DNA from: Chiloscyllium plagiosum
Taxonomy: Eukaryota
DNA length: 37,260 nucleotides
NCBI RefSeq assembly: GCF_004010195.1
Contig: NC_057719.1
Span: 4,212,161-4,249,420 of the forward strand
Reading direction: 5' to 3'
Part shown: positions 21,482 through 31,499 of the stretch, one piece after another
How positions within the stretch are numbered: position 1 is the first letter of the stretch
Layout of the letters: every line of letters starts with the position of its first letter
Translations under genes and position numbers: made by a program
The notes under the pieces: generated by a model
What the model saw: only the letters and a program-made list of their open reading frames with translations
Databases searched by the model: none
What the model was told of the DNA's origin: nothing

Positions 21482-22590
21482 GTATTGGAGGCAGTCCAGA
21501 GAAGGTCCACCCACTGACACCCGGGGATGGAGGGATTGTCTTATGAGGAGAGGTTGAGTAGTTTGGGCCAATGTTTGTTGGAACTTAGAAGAATGAGTGG
21601 TGACATTGTTGAAACATGCAAGATTCTTAGGGAACTTGACAGGGTCAATGGGGAAAGTGTTTCCCCTTGTGGGAGAGTCTAGGGCCAGAGGGCATCATCC
21701 CAGAATAAAGGGTTGCACAATTAAGACAGGGATGAGGAGAATTTCGTCTCTCAGAGGGGAGTGAATCTGTGGAATTCTTTGCTACAGGTGGCTGTGGAAG
21801 CTGGGTCATGAAGTATATTCAAGGCTGAGAGAGACAGATTTTTAATCAGGAAGGGAATCAAGGGTTAGGGGTAAAAGGCAGGAAGTGGAGTTGAAGATCA
21901 TCAGATCAGCCATGATCTAATTCAAGAGTAGAGCGGAGTCAATGGGCTGAATGGCTTACTTCTGTTGCCATGTCCTATGGTCTTAAACTCCTCCTAGTCA
22001 GTAATGTCAATGCTGCCGTGCACTAAGGAGAACTTCAGATGGCTTTGTAGCACCATCCCCTGGAATCTTGGATATTTGTGAGTTTGGGTAAACAGGACCT
22101 GAAAGAGGTGGGGATGGGGGGGGAGGGATGGTTTCCAGCCATCCAGGGTTGATTGAGTTTTGCCTGAAAGCTAGTGCACCTCGCTTCAAGAAGGGCAGAA
22201 AATTTTGCTCGACAGATCTCCTATAGAATCCAGCAAAGATTGCTGGTGAATGTGATGTCGCTGATACACAGCCCAAGTACCACTGCAGAAAAGGAGCATG
22301 ACATTGGCTCTATCTGCTCGGAGTTTTATTGACTTGTGGAGGTCCTTCCTGCCCATAGTTTGTACAAGGCTGATCCGATCTTAGACCCCATCATCGATGG
22401 TGACCTTTAAGAGCAGTGGCTGCCAAAGTCTGGGAAAATGTTCCGCAGCCTCTCCTTTAATATTTATGGAATATTGGAATGACAGGTATGGATTGGTAGA
22501 TGAGTCATTCACACTAACTTTTTTATTTCCAAATTTAATTGATTGAATTTAAATTTCCGAACTTTCTTAGTGGGATTTGAACTCCTGCCT

Positions 22591-22924
22591 TTTTTATTAA
22601 TTCACAGGACGAGAGTATCGCTGGCCCGGTCAATATTCATTGCCCAACCCTAATAAACTAGCGGGCGGTTAAGAGTCAAGCACATTGCTGTGGGTCCGGA
22701 GTCACATAGAGGTCAGACCAGGTAAAGATGGCAGTTTCCTTCCCTGAAGGATGTTAGTGAACCAGAGGGGTTTTTTCTGACAATCGACAATGGTCATCAT
22801 TAGACTCCTAATTCCAGATTTTGTTTTAATTCAAATTCCACCATCTGCCATGGTGAGATTCAAAAGCAGATCCCCGAGTTTCTGGATTAATAATCTAGGA
22901 TAATACACTGATTATCACTTCCTC
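22591..22924 (-). mobile_element. SINE family B, near full length (nested in an older related copy ~22480-22970)
   Basis: Complement: decayed tRNA-like head, atggcagatggtggaatttgaatt, ggttcactaacatccttcagggaaggaaactgccatc core, tail matching the LINE end at 7985-8050. Confidence 0.8.
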
Positions 22925-23349
22925 TTTGTGTCCTGAATCATTATTGCTGTAACATAATCATGATGTTATCATTCTGTTCCCTCTCTCACCATCACCCTGC
23001 CAGTGTTGCCCTTACAAATATTTATTTGGTTCCATTTCAGAGGTTATTAAGTCATGTACTTCCTAATCGTAATCACTCCCTGGTAAAAGATGTTCTTCCT
23101 CATCTCCCATCTGGCTGATTAGGTCTGAACTTTGTTTCCTCAAGTTACTGACTCTTCTGAATTGCATTACAGAATAGGTGGAGGCCATTCAGCCTGCTGT
23201 GCCAGTAGTGGCTCTATTATCTACTGCCAATCTCCTGCCCTTTTCCCCATAGCCCCATACCTAGGCATTCTGCACCCCAAAGCAGCTTCAGCTTACTTGT
23301 TCTGGTAGAACACTTCATAATCTCTGCTGAACTTTTGCCAGCTGAATAG

Positions 23350-23427
23350 CTCACTCGAAATGTTGTTTCTGCTTTCTTCCTACAGGTACAGCCAGGCCTG
23401 CTGAGTTTCTCCAGCAATTTCTGATTC
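23350..23427 (+). mobile_element. Penelope-like terminal fragment (family D-related), hammerhead 5' half missing
   Basis: ctcgaaatgtt...gccaggcctgctgagtttctccagcaatttctg. Confidence 0.55.
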
Positions 23428-24121
23428 TCATAGAGTCATACAACACGGAAACAGACCCTTTCGTCCAACCAGCCCATGCCAACCATAATCCCAAACTAAA
23501 TTCGTCCCACCTGTCTCCGTTTGGCCCATATCCTCTAAATCTTTCCTATTCATGAACTTATCCAAATGTCTTTTAAATGTTGTAACTGTACCACATCCAC
23601 CACTTCCTCTGGCAGGTCATTCCACACCCGAACCACTCTCTGTGTAAAACAGTTGCCCCTCACGTCCTTTGTAAATCTTTTTCCTGTCACCTTAGAAATA
23701 TGCTCGCTTGTCTTGAAATACCCCACCCTGGAGAAAAGACACCTGCCATTCACCTCATCTATGTCCCTCATGCTTTATAAAGCTCTATAAGGTCACCTTT
23801 TAACCTCCTGCGCCCCAGTGAGAAAAGTCCCAACCTACCCAGCCTCTCCCTATAGCTCAAACCCTCCATTCCTGGCAATATCTTGGTAAATTTCTTCTGA
23901 ACTCTTTTCAGCTTAAAAACATCCTTCCTACAGCAGAGCGACCAGAACTGAACACAATATTCCAGAACAAAACTCACCAATGTCCTGTGAAACCTTAAAA
24001 TGATGGCCCAACTCCTCTACTCTAAGTTCTGAGTAATGAAGACAGGAGTAATGAAACACCTTCTGAACTACCCTGTTTATATGTGATGCAACTTCCAATG
24101 AATTGTGTAACTGAACCCTTT
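23428..24121 (-). mobile_element. CR1, 5'-truncated
   Basis: LEYCVQFWS..GLSYRERLGRLGLFSL..RGNCFTQRVVRVWNDLP; catagagtcata tail. Confidence 0.92.
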
Positions 24122-24547
24122 CTGTTCAAGGGCAACCCTGGATTGGCAACAAATGCCATTCAAGAATAATGAAAAGTAAACCTGGATTTCTGAAGGCAGT
24201 GAAGCTGCCTCCCACACAGGTCGGAGGATTAACGTTAGTTTATTTCACCCTCTCTTTCGGGTGTTTCCACAGATCCAAAAGTGAGTAGGACCTGCAAGTG
24301 AGACTTGAGTTTTAAATTTGTTTGGCCCAAACATCGTGTGTTTTGTTGGGAGACACAGAGTTCTCCTTTGCAATGAGTGCAAGCACATAGCCAACAAGAA
24401 AAGTGAAGAGAGAGATTAACCCAAACCCTTTGTAATTGCACTTTCAACCTGTATTTCCTGGAAATATGTCTGATTACAGAAAAGAGCTAGAATTTTTGTT
24501 TTTAGCTGGAGAATTACGGAGACCATTTACACCGGATTTCCCTTTTT

Positions 24548-24870
24548 ATCATAGAATCCCTACAGTGTGGAAGTAGGCCATTCAACCCATTAAGTTCACA
24601 CCAAACCTCTGAAAAGCATCCCAGTCAGATCCCACCCTACGTTAACCCTGAATTCCCCATGGCTAACGCATCCAGTCTGCACAATTTAGCATGGCCAATT
24701 CACCTAACCTGCACATTTTTTTGGACTGTGGGAGAAAACCGGAGCACCCAGAGGAAACCCACGCAGACACAGGGAGAGCGTGCAAACTCCCCACAGACAG
24801 TCGCCGAGGCTGGATTTGAACCAGGATCCCTGGTGCTGTGAGGCAGCAGTGCTAACCACTGAGCCACTGT
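24548..24870 (-). mobile_element. HE1-type SINE, near full length
   Basis: A/B-box head at 24805-24870, central domain and tail. Confidence 0.92.
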
Positions 24871-25465
24871 ATGTTGGCTCTGATTTTAAGAGGGTTGGAG
24901 TATAAGAGTTGGGAAGTCTTACTGCAATTGTACAAACCGCTAGTGAGGGCAACATCTGGGGAATTGCTAATTTAAGGAAAGGTATAATTTCATTGGAGGC
25001 AGGTCAGAGAAGGCTCACTAGGACAATCCCTCCTGGTGTGGAGGGATTGTCTGATGAGCAAAGGCTAACCAGGGTCTGGAGTCTACTCACTGGAGGTTAG
25101 AAGAGTGAGAGGTCATCTCATTGACACATGTTGGGTTGTTAAGGAGCTTGACAGGGTAAACGCTGAAAAGCTGTTTGCCCTGGGACCAGAGGGTACAGAT
25201 TCAGCATAAAGAGATGCTAATTTAAGATTGAAATGGGGAGGAATTTCTTCTCTAAGGGAGTTGTGAGTCTTTGGAACTCTTTGCCATAGAGAGCTGTGAG
25301 GGCAGAGTCTTTGTCTATATTTAAGGCTGAGAGAGAGAGAGAGTTTATTGATCAGTCAGGGAATCAAAGGTTAAAGGGTAAAGCAGTAAATTGGAAGTGA
25401 GGAATTTTTTTATCAGCCATGATCCTATTGAATGATAGTCGAACAGACTACTCCTGTTCCTATTT
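24871..25465 (+). mobile_element. older CR1 3' fragment
   Basis: GLEYKSWEVLLQLYKPLVR..LEAGQRRLTR..RNFFS; 3' tail at 25410-25465. Confidence 0.85.
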
Positions 25466-26489
25466 AGAGTCATAGAGTCATAGAGATGTACAGCATGGAA
25501 ACAAACCCTTCAGCCCAACTCGTCCATCCCAACCAGATATCCCAACCCAATCTAGTCCCACCTGCCAGCACCCAGCCCATATCTCTCCAAACCCTTCCTA
25601 TTCATATACCCATCCAGATGCCTTTTAAATGTTGCAATTGTACCAGCCTCCACCACATCCTCTGGTAGCTCATTCCATACACGTAGCACCCTCTGAGTGA
25701 AAAAGTTGCCCCTTAGGTCACTTTTATATCTTTTCCCTCTCACCCTAAACCTATGCTCTCTAGTTCTGGACTCCACTACCACAGGGAAAAGACTTTGTCT
25801 ATTTATCCTATCCATGCCCCTCATGATTTTATAGACCTCTATAAGGTCACCCTTCAGCCTCCGACACTCCAGGGAAAACAACCCCAGCCTATTCAGCCTC
25901 TCCCTATAGATCAAATCCTCCAACCCTAGCAACATCCTTGTAAACCTTTTCTGAACCCTTTCAAGTTTCATAACATCTTTCCGATAGGAAGGAGACCAGA
26001 ATTGCATGCAATATTCCAACCAATGATCTAACCAATGTCCTGTACAGCCGCAACATGACCTCCCAACTCCTGTACTCAATACTCTGACCAATAAAGGAAA
26101 GCATATCAATCACCTTCTTCACTATCCTATCTACTTTCAAGGAGTTATGAACCTGCAAGCCAAGATCTCTTTATTTGGCAACATTCCCTAGGACCTTACC
26201 GATAAGTGTATAAGTCCTGCTAAGATTTGCTTTTCCAAAAGCAGCACCTCACATTTATCTGAATTAAACTCCATCTGCCACTTCTCAGCCCATTGGCCCA
26301 TCTGATCAAGATCCTGTTGTAATCTGAGGTAATCTTCTTCACTGTCCACTACACCTCCAATTTTGGTGTCATCTGCAAACTTACTAACTATACTTCTTAT
26401 GCTCACATCCAAATCATTTATGTAAATGGTGAAAAGTAGCGGACCCAGCACCGATCCTTATGGCACTCCATTGGTCACAGGCCTCCAGT
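25466..26489 (-). mobile_element. young CR1, 5'-truncated (~1 kb) including RT core
   Basis: LGPLLFTIYINDLD..SKFADDTKIGGVVDSEE (26188-26451) through FKRHLDGYMN (25552-26109); (agagtcat)n tail. Confidence 0.95.
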
Positions 26490-26521
26490 GTTATGCTTTA
26501 ATTCACTGCTCTCAGTCTGCC

Positions 26522-26619
26522 GATTCCTGAAGAAGGGCTTATGCCCGAAACATCGATTCTCCTGCTCCTTGGATGCTGCCTGACCTGCTGCGCTTTTCCA
26601 GCAACACATTTTCAGCTCT
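26522..26619 (+). mobile_element. ~100-bp Penelope-derived terminal unit (family B) with hammerhead motif
   Basis: CTGAAGA(26527)-A-GGGC-ttat-GCCC-GAAA-CA-TC; near-identical to 8111-8205. Confidence 0.88.
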
Positions 26620-26671
26620 AACCCCAATCAATCCATACTGGTACATTGGCCCTCAAACGTAATTTTATTCA

Positions 26672-26866
26672 CAAGGATTAGTGCTGGGTCCACTGCTTTT
26701 CATCATTTATATAAATGGTTTGGATGTGAACATAGGAGGTATGGTTAGTAAGTTTGCAGATGACACCAAAATGGGAGGTGTGATGGACTGCGAAAAAGGT
26801 TACTTTAGAATACAATGGGATCTTGATCAGATGGGCCAATGGGCCGAGGAGTGGTAGATGGAGTTA
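26672..26866 (+). mobile_element. CR1 RT-core fragment
   Basis: QGLVLGPLLFIIYINGLD..SKFADDTK..QMGQWAEEW*ME. Confidence 0.9.
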
Positions 26867-27180
26867 ACAATCCCTTTCACAAATCCAGATTGACTCAGCT
26901 CAGTCATGCCATTCTTTTCCAAATGTTCTTTATTGTTTCTAATTCACATTCTTTATATTAGCAGATACAATTTTACAGACCACTGACGTCAAACTTACAG
27001 TGTATGTTTTTCCATTCTTCATCACCCGCCTTTCTTAAATAATGGGGTTACACTTCATACTTCCCAGGAACCTTTCCAGAAAGCAGTAGAATTATGAATT
27101 ACAACCACATTCCATGATCATCCTTTAACGTTCTGGGATGTGCCTCATCTGGTCCAAGGAATTTATCAACCTTCAATCCA
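26867..27180 (-). mobile_element. old CR1 ORF2 fragment
   Basis: Complement gives DKFLGPDEAHPRTLK and VTPLFKKGG. Confidence 0.7.
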
Positions 27181-27189
27181 AGACTTTTT

Positions 27190-28350
27190 ATAGAAGCTTA
27201 CAAACAAGAAACAGAAGGAGGCCATTCAGCCCTTCTAGCCTGCTGTGCTATTCAACAAGACCATGGCTGATCTGATTTTCACCTCAACTCTATGTTCCTG
27301 CATATCCTGCTTAATGGTAAGGTCCTGGGGAGTGTTGCTGAACAAAGAGACCTTGGAGTGCAGGTTCATAGCTCCTTGAAAGTAGAGTCGCAGGTAGATA
27401 GGATAGTGAAGAAGGCGTTTGGTATGTTTTCCTTTATTGGTCAGCACATTGAGTACAGGAGTTGGGAGGTCATGTTGGGACTGTACAGGACATTGGTGAG
27501 GCCACTTTTGGAATATTGCATGCAATTCTGGTCTCCTTCCTATCGGAAAGATGTTGTGAAAATGTTGGAGAATTTGACCTACGGGGAGAGGCTGAACAGG
27601 CTGGGGTTGTTTTCCCTGGAGGATCGAAGGCTGAGGGGTGACATTCTTGAGGTTTATAAAATCATAACGGGCATGGATAGGGTATATAGACAAAGTCTTT
27701 TCCCTGTGGTGGGGGAGTCCAGAACTAGACAGCATAGGTTTAGGGTGAGAGGTGAAATATTTAAAAGGGACCTAAGGGGCAACCTTTTCACACAGAAGGT
27801 GGTGCGCATGTGGAATGAGCTGCCAGAGGAAGTGATGGAGGCTGGTACAATTACAGCATTTAAAAGGCATCTGGATGGGTATATGAATAGGAAGGGTTTA
27901 CAGGGAAATGGGCCAAGTGCTGGCAAATGGTACTAGGTTAGATTATGATATCTGTTCAGCATGGACAAGTTGGACCGAAGTGTCTGTTTCCGTGCTGTGC
28001 ATCTCTATGACTCTCTGACTCTTGGCCATCAATAACCTATCAAGTCTGTCTCAAAATTATTTAAAGATTCTGCATCCACTTTTGAGGAAGGGAATTATAA
28101 TGACCCTCAATCCTCTGACAGAAACACATGTTTCCTCATCTCTGTCTTAAATGGGTAACCCTTATTTATAAACTATCATCCCCTAGTTTTAGATGCTCCC
28201 AGAAGGGGAAACATCATTTCCACATCAGTCGGGTCAAGTCCATTCAGGATCTTATATGTTTCAATAAAGTCACCACTAACTCTTCCCAACTCCAGAGGAT
28301 ACTGGCCCAGCCTGTCTAGTCTTTCTGCAGAAGGTAATCTACTTATTCTA
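27190..28350 (-). mobile_element. older CR1 3' fragment split by the younger CR1 at 27308-28021
   Basis: Tail aggaggccattcagccc at 27216-27240; body resumes 28022 (tttcctcatctctgtcttaaatggg). Confidence 0.75.
27308..28021 (+). mobile_element. young CR1, 5'-truncated (~710 bp)
   Basis: ORF 27292-27936 is CR1 ORF2 C-terminus (LNGKVLGSVAEQRDLGVQV..FKRHLDGYMN) with a short internal deletion; tail ctctatgactctctgact. Confidence 0.95.
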
Positions 28351-28413
28351 AATCCTCATTACAACAGTAACTGCAAAATAAGACCTTCTAGTGACTCAGC
28401 AAGGTATCTCACC

Positions 28414-28544
28414 TTCCTGATGAAGGGCTTTTGCACCAAACATCAATTTTCCTGCTCATCGGATGCTACCTGACCTGCTGTGCTTTTACAGCACCACTCT
28501 AATCTAGACTCTGATTTCCAGCATCTGCAGTCTCACTTTTGCCA
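28414..28544 (+). mobile_element. 131-bp Penelope-derived terminal unit (family B), hammerhead broken
   Basis: CTGATGA-A-GGGC-tttt-GCAC-CAAA; 13-bp TSD aaggtatctcacc (28401-28413, 28545-28557). Confidence 0.88.
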
Positions 28545-28639
28545 AAGGTATCTCACCCACTGCCTACTCAAGTGTAATAAAAATGGACTTGCTAGCAGCC
28601 ATCCCACATGTCATTAATGAATAAAGAAATAGCAGCATT

Positions 28640-29040
28640 ATTTGTGGCAGCAAGTTCCACTGTCTAACCACTTTCTGGGAAAAGAAATGTGCACTTGAAT
28701 TCATTGGAAATTACAACTGAATTTATTCGAGGCTGCTTTATATTTATGGCCCCTAGTTCTGTACTTTCTGCACAAGTGGAAACATCTTTTCTACATCTGC
28801 CTTGTCAAACCCCTTCATAAATTAAAGACCTCTTTCAAACCACTTCTTTTCCAGTGAAAATAGTCCCAACCTGTTCAGTCTTTTGTAATAGTTAGAATTT
28901 CTCAGTTCTGGTATCAGTTTGGAAAATCTGTTTTGCACTTTCTCCAGTGTTTGTGTAATATGGAGACCGGCATTTGCACAGTTTTCTCAATTGAAGAATA
29001 ACCACTATTCAATGTAAATTTCACATAATGTAATGGTTTT
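28640..29040 (-). mobile_element. ancient CR1 fragment
   Basis: ggcagcaagttccac..ctaaccact; tttatggcccctagttctg; ttttccagtgaaaatagtcccaacctgttcagtct (complement of RLNRLGLFSLE). Confidence 0.72.
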
Positions 29041-29049
29041 GATTTCTTG

Positions 29050-29305
29050 TTCACATGCATATAAATGCAAAAATGCTCACATTTACAAGCATGCATGCAT
29101 AGACAAACATTTGCATAAATATGTATATGGACACACGCACTTGAATCTCACACATAAACATACAAACACAAAACTATGCACATGTACGCAAACGCATATG
29201 AACTTACATCTACATAAACGCACGTGTTCTCACACAGACAGGCAGATGAGCATTCATGTGTATATATGAACCCACAAATATGTACACACAGATGGCACAC
29301 ACATC
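29050..29305. repeat. degenerate (CA)n/(CATA)n low-complexity tract
   Basis: Alternating purine-pyrimidine, CA-rich; gives the His/Thr-rich ORF 29033-29269. Confidence 0.8.
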
Positions 29306-29319
29306 TATCTGAAAATGTA

Positions 29320-29496
29320 AGAGTAAATTACTGCAGATGCTGGAATCTATGCTGCGAGCAACAAGTGCTGGAGGTCACAGAGGGTCAGGCAAGCTAACAG
29401 CAGCTCTGATGAAGAGTCAGCGTGACTCGAAACATTAGCTTGTTCCCTCTCCACGGATGCTGCCTGACCCGCTGTGATCTCCTGCACTTTTTGTCG
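29320..29496. mobile_element. Penelope-like terminal unit (family D), inverted two-arm form, hammerhead motif at 29402-29440 (+)
   Basis: AGCT-CTGATGA-A-GAGTCA-gcg-TGACTC-GAAA-CA-TT-AGCT; left arm antisense; 13-bp TSD atctgaaaatgta (29307-29319, 29497-29509). Confidence 0.88.
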
Positions 29497-29814
29497 ATCT
29501 GAAAATGTACTGCTTCCTTTATACAGGTTTGTATTCAGTATCAATTTTTAACATCACAAAGGGGGTCATTAAGTTATGGTCTCAAGTTCAAGCGTCCACG
29601 CTGGTTGTGAACCTGACACAGTAAACTCAGGCTTTTGACCGTTTCTACCCATTGCTGAGCTTTACTGTACCATCAGAATAATTAAAACATCCCATTAAGA
29701 CATTTATCAAAGGAACCCCATTGGAAACAGCTAAATGCTTCTAAGAGAAGGCCTGGGCTTTTGGAGAGGGGAGCTGATGTAGCCGAGAGGCTGTTGATAA
29801 ATACAAACCAAGAT

Positions 29815-30010
29815 GTACTCAAACAGGAGGAGGCCATAGAGGCCTCCAACCTATTCCGCCATTCAGTAAGGTCACACCTGACCTGTATCCTAACCAATTG
29901 TCTTGTTCCCTAACCTTTAATGACCTTAGCAAACAAATTGAAGTGATAATATCAGATTTGAAAACTTTAATTCACCCACCGCACCAAATAGCCTCAATGA
30001 TTTTAAAGCA
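29815..30010 (-). mobile_element. ancient CR1 3' tail fragment
   Basis: aacaggaggaggccat..cct.ttccgccattcagtaag.tca similar to the tails at 14470 and 27210. Confidence 0.6.
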
Positions 30011-30094
30011 ACAATCCCACCTCCTCCCTCCCACCCACCTTTCTGCCTTTCTCTCTCTCTCTCTCCAAAGCCCCAGCTTTATTCTTGTTTCATT

Positions 30095-30480
30095 ACTCAG
30101 ATATTGTGGGAACCCTGGCTAGTGTCAGTGTTCAGCTGCCGCGCTGTCAGGGCTCAGGGCTTTGACAATTCAATGTGAGGTCGGCGAGATTTCCTTTTGT
30201 TCAAATCAGAGCTCCTCCCCCTAGCTTCGAGTCAGGCCAAGGGCTCATGGAGATTGTCAGATGTAATAAGTTCTGACAAAGGCATTTAGTGGCTGTAATT
30301 CAAATCTAATTCAGAAACATCTTACTGCTTTGCCTGTCAATGGGTTTTAAATGCACAGGACAAGTCCGAAAGCCACGATTAGGGTCCCAATCATTACTCT
30401 GTGTGGCTTCAAGTTGATGTAAGTGTCAACATGAGTGCTTACAATAACACTGCCCTTGAAGTGTTCGGAACACTTAGAGA
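30095..30480. promoter_or_regulatory. candidate conserved non-coding element / enhancer
   Basis: Non-repetitive, retains CpGs, seven TGACA/TGTCA motifs in 30123-30428 plus TAAT and ACAAAG/CAATG motifs; motif evidence only. Confidence 0.4.
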
Positions 30481-30739
30481 GAATGCACACAGCCGTGTCC
30501 ACACATCGACTGTGAGAATGTAAATAGCCAGCATATGTGGCACAGCCCTCTGCTGAGCCCCATCGCGGGGGGGAGCTTAAACCTCCTTCTCTTCCCCTTC
30601 TCAGTCTCCTTCCACATCATGGAACAATGGAGCTGAGACTGGCTGATCTACCCATCTAGCCCATACCAGCCCTTTGAAAGAACTTAATTGTTCCCTGTTC
30701 ATTAACTACGCTCCCCCACCCCCCACAACATCACCCTAA

Positions 30740-31317
30740 GGAGTTGGTTAGCTCGGTTGGCTGGACAGCTAGTTAGTGACACAGAGTGATGCCAACAGCG
30801 TGGGTTCAATTTCCACACCAGCTGATGTCCCCATGATGGACTCTCCTTCTCAACCTCTCCCCTCGCCTGAGGTCCTAGAGATGTACAGCACAGTAACAGA
30901 CCCTTTGTCCATCCCAACCAGGTTTCCTAAGTTAATTTTGGCCCCCCCTCAAACCTTTCCTATTCAGATGCCTTTTAAATGTTGTAATTGTACCAGCCTC
31001 CACCACTTCCTCTGGCAGCTCATTCCATACACGTACCACTCTCTGAGTGAAAACTTTACCCCTTAGATCACCTTTGAATCTTTCGCCTCTCACCCTAAAT
31101 CTAAGCCCTCCTAGTTTTGACCTCCCCTACCCTGGGGAAATGACCTTGTCTATTCAAGTCCCTCATAATTTTCTCAACCTCTATCAGGTCACACCTCAGC
31201 CTCTGACGCTCCAGGAAAAGATGCTGACCCTCAGGTTAAACCTGCACTAGTTGTCTCTCTCTCTCTCTCTCTCCAATGAGAGTGTGGGATTATGGTGTCT
31301 TTACCTTTACCTTTACC
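30740..31317 (+). mobile_element. tRNA-derived SINE (family 'C' here), split by a CR1 fragment
   Basis: A box ttagctcggttgg (30748), B box gggttcaattt (30802); resumes 31222 tgctgaccctcaggttaaacc; (tttacc)n tail at 31300-31317. Confidence 0.75.
30875..31220 (-). mobile_element. CR1 3' fragment
   Basis: tagagatgtacagcac..ccttttaaatgttgtaattgtaccagcctccaccacttcctctggcagctcattccatac, as at 25480-25690. Confidence 0.9.
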
Positions 31318-31499
31318 CCATGTAGAACTGGCAGGTATTAATTCAATTCCATTTCCACAGTTCTGACTGAGTCTGCTTTCACTGTCCTTACTGCTTCAGA
31401 AAGATGCTTCTTTTCTTCATTTCCCAAAGCCTTGCCTACCCACTCAACTGAACATCAAAGACTGGACAGCCACTATAAAACAACTTATCCCTGCTGTCG

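Larger units (their letters stand above)
20510..21985 (+). mobile_element. older CR1 ORF2 relic (RT to 3' end), interrupted by a CR1, the gap and a Penelope piece
   Basis: VTSGVPQ*PVLGP..AKFVADTK at 20567-20684; resumes near 21482 LEAVQRR..SYEERL; 3' tail at 21900-21985. Continuity across the gap is assumed. Confidence 0.75.

Noticed and set aside
20828..21571. Long ORFs of 99-247 aa
   Set aside because: Open only because they cross the 270-N gap; the flanks are unrelated CR1 and Penelope pieces
22007..22450. Peptide AGFYRRSV resembling Gypsy RT/RNase H; GC-richer blocks here and at 13095-13345 and 15050-15410 resembling old DNA-transposon remnants
   Set aside because: Similarity limited to a few residues; no terminal inverted repeats or TSDs could be identified by eye
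27292..27936. 214-aa ORF as a functional or domesticated gene
   Set aside because: C-terminal CR1 ORF2 fragment lacking the RT catalytic core, with an internal deletion; openness reflects young age
30358..30374. ggacaagtccGAAAgcc as another hammerhead
   Set aside because: No upstream CUGANGA box and no UH cleavage site
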